A stretch of 55,838 nucleotides of DNA from Spirochaetales bacterium. GTDB taxonomy: Bacteria > Spirochaetota > Spirochaetia > JABEVK01. Numbering within the stretch: position 1 is the first letter of the stretch; each line of letters opens with the position of its first letter. The notes below the pieces were generated by a model. The model worked only from the letters and a program-made list of their open reading frames with translations. It searched no databases and had not been told where the DNA came from. Positions 36,942-43,591 of this stretch are shown here, one piece after another. The stretch covers positions 1 to 55,838 of the forward strand of contig JBAXAI010000024.1 in NCBI GenBank assembly GCA_037142615.1, given 5' to 3'. The position numbers and the translations under genes were made by a program.

Positions 36942-38110
36942 TGAGTTTCCGATATGTGAGCGTCTTCAGTGGTGCGGGCGGGCTTGATATTGGCCTGGAG
37001 CGGGCGGGGTTGCGTGCAGCTTCTTTGTGTGAAATTGAGAGGGTGTTTTGTGAAACACTAGAAGCGAACAAAGGTTGGCGGCATGAAGATAACCACGAAT
37101 ACCACGTTGATTCCAGAATCCTGAACGCCGACATTCGTGAAGTCTCCGGTTCTGACCTGTTCTCTGAAGGCGAACTCGACCTCGTCGTTGGCGGGCCGCC
37201 CTGTCAGGCATTCTCAAGTTCGGGGAAGCAATTGAGTGTTCTTGACCCCCGGGGCGCGCTCGTCTCGGAATACTATCGAATTATCGATGAACTTCGGCCT
37301 AAAATGTTTCTGTTTGAGAATGTAAGGGGGCTCGTGACCGCACGGGACGCTCAAGGCAGACCCGGAGGTGTTATCACCGAGCTGATCCGGATCTTGGAAG
37401 ACCTCGGCTACAGCGTAAGGTCCGCACTTCTCAATTCCGCTGACTTCGGGTCCAGCCAGCGGCGAGTCCGCTGCTTCCTGCTTGGATCACGCGAGGGCAC
37501 GGCTCCACTTTTTCCGGCCCCAACACACAGCAAAGACGGGGGTCTACTTACCCTTCCGTGGAACTCGCTCGCTTCGCTACTGAAGGTCTATGCCGAAGCG
37601 GACGAAACGCAGTTCGTCTTTCCAACTCGAGTGCTGGCAAAGCAGTTCGAAAGTATTCCCAATGGAAGTGGACTCAAGAGCCCCGGAAAGGCGGAGGCTA
37701 CCCGGCCCAACGGGCACTGGGGCTATCGACAGGGAACATTCATCTCAGATTTGGAATTACCCGCCAGAACAGTAACCGGCTCGCAGTCGCAGGATTGGGT
37801 GCGTTGGGGAGGGGCGCTCCGTCGACTGACCTTCAGCGAGATCCGGCAGCTTCAAGGCTTTCCTCGGGATTGGACTTTCAAGGGAACAAAGGCGCAAGTC
37901 TACAAGCAAGTCGGAAACGCGGTGCCTTCGGTTTTCGGAGAAGTTTTGGGGGAGGTCATCGTGAAGCACCTTATGGCCAACAACGGTGGACCCACACAAA
38001 AGATCCCGATGCCTCATTCGTTCCAATCTTACATCGACTACACCGTCAAAGACCATAATCGGAACGCCGCCTCAAGGCAGATTCACAAGCGGTTTGCCCC
38101 TGCTGAGTAG
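36941..38110 (+). CDS. DNA (cytosine-5)-methyltransferase
   Basis: Motif I FSGAGG, IV GGPPCQAFS, VI FENV, VIII QRRVR, IX RRLT..E..LQGFP, X YKQVGNAVP. ATG 36941 overlaps the nuclease TAA. Confidence 0.95.
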   Translation: MSFRYVSVFSGAGGLDIGLERAGLRAASLCEIERVFCETLEANKGWRHEDNHEYHVDSRILNADIREVSGSDLFSEGELDLVVGGPPCQAFSSSGKQLSVLDPRGALVSEYYRIIDELRPKMFLFENVRGLVTARDAQGRPGGVITELIRILEDLGYSVRSALLNSADFGSSQRRVRCFLLGSREGTAPLFPAPTHSKDGGLLTLPWNSLASLLKVYAEADETQFVFPTRVLAKQFESIPNGSGLKSPGKAEATRPNGHWGYRQGTFISDLELPARTVTGSQSQDWVRWGGALRRLTFSEIRQLQGFPRDWTFKGTKAQVYKQVGNAVPSVFGEVLGEVIVKHLMANNGGPTQKIPMPHSFQSYIDYTVKDHNRNAASRQIHKRFAPAE

Positions 38111-38122
38111 TCGTGACAGATG

Positions 38123-39562
38123 CTACTCCTTGATTTGCGCCAGAATCTCGGGCAGGTACTTCAGCACGTAGTTCAGGCCGTCGCGGTTGGTGTTGAGGCC
38201 CAGGCTGAAGCGGATCGTGCCGTAACCGGGCCTATCGGCACCGATGGCTGACAGCACGTGGCTGGTCTTGATTTTGCCTGAACTGCACGCCGAACCGGCC
38301 GACACGCTCACGCCGATGTTGTTCAGCGACAACAACATGCTCCCGGTATCGATGCCCGGAAAGGCTACGCTCAGGTTGGCGTCGCTGCGGTGCTCTAGGC
38401 TTCCGTTGACCCGCAAGCCAGGCTCGATTCGCCGCAGCTCGGCAAGGAACCAGTCGCGCAGGGTGCGCAGCCGCAGCCCCTCGCGCTCCATTTCGTTGTA
38501 GGCCAACTCGGCGGCCGTCGTCAGCGCCAGCAGGTAGCCGACGTTTTCGGTGCCGCTACGGTGGCCGTTTTCCTGCCCGCCGCCCTGAAGCAACGGCGCT
38601 ACCGTGTGTTCCTTCGCCTGCCACAACAGGCCCACGCCCTTGGGGGCATAGATTTTGTGCCCCGAAACCGCCAGAAAGCTGACGCCCCATTCGCGGGGGC
38701 GCAGCGGCATTTTGCCAAAGGCCTGCACCGCATCGACAAACAGCGGAACTCCGTGGGCGCGGCAAACCGCGCCAAGTTCGGGAATCGGGTTGATGGTGCC
38801 GATTTCGTTGTTGACCATCATGGCGCTCACGAGCACGGTCTCGGGCCGAAGCGCGGCTTCGACGGTTGCCGGCTCGAGCAGGCCCTCGGCGTTCGGATTC
38901 ACCCAGGTGACGGCAAAACCCAGCGATTCCAGCCATTTGTGCGGCTCAAGCACGCAACTGTGCTCGACGGTGCTGCACACAAAATGGGGGGCAGGCGTGC
39001 GGCCCAGCCCGGCGCGAAAGGCCACACCTTTAATGACGGTGTTGGCGCTCTCGGTACCGCAGCTGGTGAAGGTCAGCTCAGGGGCGCTCACGCCCAACAG
39101 GCCGGCGAGCGTTTCTCGGCACCGGTCAATCTGGTTGAAGGCGGCTTGGCCCTGCAAGGTGCCCGAACTCGGGTTGGCAAAGCCGAGGCGGCCTTCGTGA
39201 AAGTCGTGCAGCACTTGCCCCACCTCGCGCCGGATGTAGGTGGTGGCGTTGTGGTCGAGGTACACCTCGCGGAAGTCGGCCACCTCGAGCTTGGCCGGTG
39301 GTTTGCAGGTGTTGTCGGCCGTCTGGATAGGAATGCCCACCCACGTGTAAAGGCTGTTCAGTCCGTGGGGAAACAGGCGGTCGAGCTCGGCCTTGTCGAG
39401 GGCCAAGGCCTTTTTCAGCGTCAAAAACAGCGGGCCGACGCGGTTTTTTTCGTAGTAGCGCCACGCGAACTCGAGCACCGCCAAGTGGCGGTCGGTGAGC
39501 TCGGTGTGCGTCAGCACCGACATCCGCCCAATCTGCGTCAGCACATAATTACTTAAGGCCAT
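38123..39562 (-). CDS. Group I cysteine desulfurase (NifS/IscS-like) with an N-terminal DsrC/TusE-like domain
   Basis: YLDHNATT, ANPSS, FTSCGTES, EHSCV, DAVQ, SGHKIYAPKG (PLP Lys), RSGTEN, SAGSACSS (catalytic Cys). The first ~90 aa read LTDRHLAVLEFAWRYY...P...LFPHG...GIP....C. ATG 39562 overlaps the upstream TAA. Confidence 0.9.
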   Translation of the reverse strand: MALSNYVLTQIGRMSVLTHTELTDRHLAVLEFAWRYYEKNRVGPLFLTLKKALALDKAELDRLFPHGLNSLYTWVGIPIQTADNTCKPPAKLEVADFREVYLDHNATTYIRREVGQVLHDFHEGRLGFANPSSGTLQGQAAFNQIDRCRETLAGLLGVSAPELTFTSCGTESANTVIKGVAFRAGLGRTPAPHFVCSTVEHSCVLEPHKWLESLGFAVTWVNPNAEGLLEPATVEAALRPETVLVSAMMVNNEIGTINPIPELGAVCRAHGVPLFVDAVQAFGKMPLRPREWGVSFLAVSGHKIYAPKGVGLLWQAKEHTVAPLLQGGGQENGHRSGTENVGYLLALTTAAELAYNEMEREGLRLRTLRDWFLAELRRIEPGLRVNGSLEHRSDANLSVAFPGIDTGSMLLSLNNIGVSVSAGSACSSGKIKTSHVLSAIGADRPGYGTIRFSLGLNTNRDGLNYVLKYLPEILAQIKE

Positions 39563-40431
39563 TAGCTTTGCTTTGCTCCAGGGTACTGTGGGAACGGGTA
39601 CCCGAACCGGCTGTCTTTCATACCCTGCACCATCACTTCGAAGGCCTTCCATGGAATGCCCAGCCCCAGCCGGTCGGCCTCGTATTGCGCAATCAGGCGC
39701 GCCCCGACGCAGTAGCTCGAAAAGTTGATTTTGCCTGTGAGGTAGGGGCGCACGATCAGGTCGCTGTTCACCACTCGCACCGGCCCCATGCTTCCCTCGA
39801 CGCGCTCGCCGGTGTTGTACGCGTAAGCCTGGCCCAAGCGCGTCAGCTCGACCGGGCGCACGTTCATGGTGACCACATCGGGAACCAGGTCGAGCTCGTC
39901 GAACTCGTAGTTGTAAAAGAAGATGCCCTCGATGTTGGGCGGCTGGATGGCCAGCATGTCGGCCATGGCCTTGCGGGCGATTTCGGGGGTAGCAAACCGG
40001 CCCGAGTCCTTTTCGCCGAACAGACAGAACTCTTTGCGCCCAGCGGCCGGGGCGGCGTACACCGTGCCGTCCGAAAAGTCGGCCGGGGTCGGAGGGGCAA
40101 AGTCGGCCTTGCCCGACTGGCTGCGCATGATTTCGGTGTACACCCGGGGGCCTTCCATGGGCAGTTTGCGGTGTCGGTCGACCAACCCCAGCGTAATGGC
40201 GGCGGCGATGCACCCGATGTTCTGCCGGGTCAAGAAGACCGCGTCGCCCAGACCCGCCTGGCGGTTGGCCTGACAGCTGGTCAGGCTCACCCCATCGGTT
40301 TCGAAGGCCTTCACCTCGTCAGGGATAGTCTCGCCGAGGCGGAAGAACTTGACCCCCGCCGTCGGGATCTTGAGGTCCCAGTCGGCCATGTTGGCCAAAA
40401 GCTCGCCCGTCAGTCGCTGGAAGGTGGTCAT
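39562..40431 (-). CDS. DUF169 (COG2043)-like protein
   Basis: 'GVKF', 'SCQANRQA..G', 'NIGCIAAAITLG', 'PDVV....P', 'SSYCVGAR', 'LGIP'. GGAGG lies upstream of ATG 40431. Confidence 0.8.
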   Translation of the reverse strand: MTTFQRLTGELLANMADWDLKIPTAGVKFFRLGETIPDEVKAFETDGVSLTSCQANRQAGLGDAVFLTRQNIGCIAAAITLGLVDRHRKLPMEGPRVYTEIMRSQSGKADFAPPTPADFSDGTVYAAPAAGRKEFCLFGEKDSGRFATPEIARKAMADMLAIQPPNIEGIFFYNYEFDELDLVPDVVTMNVRPVELTRLGQAYAYNTGERVEGSMGPVRVVNSDLIVRPYLTGKINFSSYCVGARLIAQYEADRLGLGIPWKAFEVMVQGMKDSRFGYPFPQYPGAKQS

Positions 40432-40442
40432 GCGTGCCTCCG

Positions 40443-41351
40443 CTACTTCAGGAACCGGCTGTCGTAGAACTTCTCGAGGTCGATTTTGCCCGACAGCGCC
40501 GAAATCTTGGTCGTCAGGTAGGTCTGCATGGTGTCGAGTTCGGCCAGATTGGGCTTGAGCGCCTTGTAGCTCACCTTGGTGCCGCTCATCAGCACGCGGC
40601 TCATCACCTCTTCGGTTTGGCCGAGGAAGGCGGCGGCCACCTTGACGGCGCTTTCGGGTTTTTCGTGGATGAGCTGGCCCGATTTGACGAAGCTGGTCAC
40701 GAGTTCCTGGATGGCTTCGGGGTACTTTTGACAGATTTCTTCTTTGGCGACGACCACGCAGCAGGGATGGTCGGGCCAGATTTCCTGGCTGAGCTTGAAC
40801 TGGTCGCCCATGCCCTTGGCGATCACCACCGAACCGAAGGGTTCGGCAACGATGTAACCACCGATGTCGCCGGCTTCGTCCCACTCGATGAACTGGGGAA
40901 TCTGGCCGGGTGCTACGACTTCGAACACCACGTCCTTGCCTGGCCCGACGGTCATGCCGGCTTCCTTGAGCAGTTTGTCGAACAGCATGTGGTGAACGCT
41001 CAGATGGTAGGGGATCAGAACGGTCTTGCCCTTGAAGTCTTCGAGCTTGGTGATGTTGGCTTTCTTGTTGGTGACGATGATGCTGCCGTCACGGTGAGCC
41101 AGCATGATCAGCTTGAGAGGAACCTGGGAATGGAACAGCTCCATGGCGTACGGGGCCAGCATGAAGGCAATGTCGATTTCGCCGGCCGTCATGGCGTCGC
41201 CGACGTCGTTCCAGCCCGCCATCGAAATCGTCTCGAAACTGCAGTGTTCGAGTTTCTCGACGTCCTTGGCAACTTTGGCTTTGGTGACCCCCAGAACCAG
41301 GTGGTCGGTAATGGGCAAGTGTCCGATTTTGAAGACGGGTTTCGCGCTCAT
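40443..41351 (-). CDS. NrtA/CmpA/SsuA-like substrate-binding-fold protein lacking a signal peptide
   Basis: KIGHLPITDHL, GEIDIAFMLAP, AHRDGS, IPYHLSVHHML, VAEPFGS, WPDHPCCVVV. The N-terminus MSAKPVFKIG has no hydrophobic stretch; GAGG RBS upstream. Confidence 0.85.
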   Translation of the reverse strand: MSAKPVFKIGHLPITDHLVLGVTKAKVAKDVEKLEHCSFETISMAGWNDVGDAMTAGEIDIAFMLAPYAMELFHSQVPLKLIMLAHRDGSIIVTNKKANITKLEDFKGKTVLIPYHLSVHHMLFDKLLKEAGMTVGPGKDVVFEVVAPGQIPQFIEWDEAGDIGGYIVAEPFGSVVIAKGMGDQFKLSQEIWPDHPCCVVVAKEEICQKYPEAIQELVTSFVKSGQLIHEKPESAVKVAAAFLGQTEEVMSRVLMSGTKVSYKALKPNLAELDTMQTYLTTKISALSGKIDLEKFYDSRFLK

Positions 41352-41370
41352 GGGCTTCCTCTCTGCAACA

Positions 41371-41415
41371 GTTCTAGTACAACGATTTGCCAAAGGCAAG
41401 GATTGGCCCTACAGT
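41371..41415. promoter_or_regulatory. Back-to-back divergent sigma70-like promoters
   Basis: Plus strand: TTGCCA (41387-92), 17 nt, TACAGT (41410-15). Minus strand: TTGCCT (41399-94), 17 nt, TAGAAC (41376-71). The two -35 boxes form the palindrome TTGCC-AAA-GGCAA. Confidence 0.5.
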
Positions 41416-41421
41416 GAACGG

Positions 41422-42933
41422 ATGTTCCCGACGGTCCTGTTTCTCGGCTCTTTGCTCACGTTGCTGATGTTGCTGCTGGTTGTCCGGCGGATCGACAGCC
41501 CAGGGGCCACGCCTTTCGTCGGGTTGCTCGCCGGGTCGACGCTGTACAGTTTCGGCTACGCGCTTGAGTTGATGACGCCCCCCGGTTTCATGAGCTATTT
41601 CTGGACCCAGTTTCAGTACTGGGGCATTGTTTCCATCCCATCGTGCTGGCTCTGGATGTCGCTCGAAACGCCGCTGCAGGTCAAACTGCGCAGTCCGTGG
41701 CTCTACCTGGTCCTTTTTACGATCCCGGCCATCAGCCTGACGCTCACCCTGACCAATGACTGGCACCACCTGTTTTTCGCCAGTCTCGACTACGTGCGCG
41801 TCGGCGACCTGACCCTCGCGATCTCGGTCAAAGGCCCCGGCTACCTTTTGCACCTGTTATACTGCGGTGCCGTGTTCCTCCTGAGCCCGGTGTTCTTCTT
41901 GCTGCGCTGGCGCAAGCTCGGCCACGGCTACGGGTCGATGGCCATCCGGTTGCTTCTGGGCTCGCTGTTTGCTTGGGCGGGCCTCGCGGTCTATCTGCTG
42001 GGTTGGACTCCCGAGGGGCTCGACAGCACCCCCTTGGGCCTTACGCTGGCGGCGCTGGTGTACTACCGCGTGCTGCGTCCGGCCCGACTGTTCGAAATGG
42101 TTCCTTTATCGCGAGAACTGGTGTTTCGGCTCATTTCGCAGCCGGTGCTCGTGCTGGACCGCCGCTTCCGTCTGGTCGACTGGAACCCCGCGCTCGAGTC
42201 GCTTTGGCCCGGGATGACAAGCGCTCACGTCGGAGCCAAGCTCGGCAAACTTCTGAACAACCGGGTCTGGCTGGACAAATTGATGGATCCCCGCTTCCTC
42301 AGCCCCGCGACGCTGGCCTGGCAAGGCGAACAGATGACCTACTGGTCGGTCGAGCCCACCCCGGTCACCGACGATGGGGGCAAGCTTCAGGGCAGGATCT
42401 TCCTGTTCCGCAATGTGAGCGACATTGTGGCGAGGGACGAGTTGCTGGAGCGCCTGGACCTCACCGATCCGGTGACCGGGCTGTACAACGCCGAGACCTT
42501 CCGCAGCAAGGGACTTGAACTGACGAACGGGCTCGAGAACGATGGCGCCGTTTCGCTGGTGCTGCTCGAGTTGGCGGCTACCGAGGCCAACCTCAAGGGC
42601 GTGGTGACCTTGTGGGTCGGGCTGCTGCGGGGCTCGCACGTCTTTGCTCGGCTGGGGCCTTCCCGGTTCGGGCTCCTTTTGCCAGGCATGATCCCCGCCC
42701 GGGCGCTGAGCGTGGCCGAGTCGCTTTGCTCGCGTTTGGACCCGGCGGTTGCGACGGCCCGGTTTGGTGTTGCCGGCGCGCAGCGGGTCGCTGACCCATG
42801 GGATACGCTGTGCGCCCGGGCCGAGGCGGCGCTCAACGAAGCACTGAACGGGGGCCGTATCGGGGTGGCCGGGTGCGTGGCCGATGCCGATGGCACGGTA
42901 AGCACGTGTCTGGAAGTGGAAGGGGTTTCGTGA
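41422..42933 (+). CDS. HisKA_7TM-type membrane sensor with PAS and degenerate GGDEF domains
   Basis: 7TM region (GYALEL, QYWGI, LTNDWHHLFF, DSTP); PAS 'PVLVLD...LVDWNPA'; 'TDPVTGLYN' retained but the GGDEF site reads RLGPSRF. Confidence 0.8.
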   Translation: MFPTVLFLGSLLTLLMLLLVVRRIDSPGATPFVGLLAGSTLYSFGYALELMTPPGFMSYFWTQFQYWGIVSIPSCWLWMSLETPLQVKLRSPWLYLVLFTIPAISLTLTLTNDWHHLFFASLDYVRVGDLTLAISVKGPGYLLHLLYCGAVFLLSPVFFLLRWRKLGHGYGSMAIRLLLGSLFAWAGLAVYLLGWTPEGLDSTPLGLTLAALVYYRVLRPARLFEMVPLSRELVFRLISQPVLVLDRRFRLVDWNPALESLWPGMTSAHVGAKLGKLLNNRVWLDKLMDPRFLSPATLAWQGEQMTYWSVEPTPVTDDGGKLQGRIFLFRNVSDIVARDELLERLDLTDPVTGLYNAETFRSKGLELTNGLENDGAVSLVLLELAATEANLKGVVTLWVGLLRGSHVFARLGPSRFGLLLPGMIPARALSVAESLCSRLDPAVATARFGVAGAQRVADPWDTLCARAEAALNEALNGGRIGVAGCVADADGTVSTCLEVEGVS

Positions 42934-43433
42934 TGCACGTGAGTTTTGTCCCGATGCGCGACGACGATTTGGAAGTGATGTTGCCGCTGTACAACCATTA
43001 CGTGCGCGAAAGCACGGCCACCTTCCACACGCAGGAAGTGGATCTCGCCACGTTGCAGGGCCTCTTGATGCCCGGCTACCCGCGCTTCGGCAGCTGGAGA
43101 ATCGACGCCGATGGCGTCCCCGCAGGCTACCTCGTGCTAGGCCGCTACAAGCCGCGCGAAGCCTACGATGGTTGCGCCGAGGTGACGCTCTACCTCAGCC
43201 CGGCCCACGCAGGCCAAGGCTTGGGCTCGCAGACTCTGGAGTTCGCCGAGCAGCAGGCCCGCGAGCGCGACTTCCACTCGCTGTTGGCCATCATCTGTGG
43301 CGAGAACACGGCCAGCATTCGGCTGTTCCAAAAGCACGGCTACACCGAGTGCGCGCACTACCGCGAGGTGGGCCGCAAGTTCGGCCGCTGGCTCGACGTG
43401 GTAAGCTACGAAAAGCTGCTGGAGCCGGGTTGA
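42933..43433 (+). CDS. GNAT N-acetyltransferase (phosphinothricin acetyltransferase/YncA-like)
   Basis: YNHYVRESTATF, EVTLYL, GQGLGS, ENTASIRLFQKHGY, VGRKFGRWLDV. TGATG overlap with the upstream gene. Confidence 0.9.
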   Translation: MHVSFVPMRDDDLEVMLPLYNHYVRESTATFHTQEVDLATLQGLLMPGYPRFGSWRIDADGVPAGYLVLGRYKPREAYDGCAEVTLYLSPAHAGQGLGSQTLEFAEQQARERDFHSLLAIICGENTASIRLFQKHGYTECAHYREVGRKFGRWLDVVSYEKLLEPG

Positions 43434-43586
43434 TCGGCTCGATCTCGCCACTGTGGCTGCGCCTCGGCCTCGTTTCCGTACTCACGTGTCAAAGACACGC
43501 TCCGTGCGTCACCTCGGCCTCGGCATTGCCACAGCGTCGATCTCGGTCCGCTGAACCCGGCTGCTGGAGCCGGGTTGATCGGCTCG
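43415..43586. repeat. ~136-bp nested palindromic (ERIC-like/MITE-like) element with a 27-bp direct repeat
   Basis: GCTGCTGGAGCCGGGTTGATCGGCTCG occurs at 43415-41 and 43560-86. Terminal IR AGCCGGGTT/AACCCGGCT; inner IRs CTGTGGC/GCCACAG and GTGTC-AAA-GACAC. Confidence 0.75.
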
Positions 43587-43591
43587 GCCTG

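Noticed and set aside
39563-40213. N-terminal extension making the desulfurase 696 aa
   Set aside because: It overlaps the DUF169 gene in another frame and is low-complexity Arg/Pro/Gly sequence. ATG 39562 is coupled to the upstream stop.
41378-41393. sigma54 promoter (TGGCA...TTG) on the minus strand upstream of the sulfur operon
   Set aside because: The spacing is one base short and the -12 element is GT rather than GC.
43415-43586. Possible two-repeat mini CRISPR array
   Set aside because: There are only two 27-bp copies, the 118-bp spacer is itself palindromic, and no cas genes are present.
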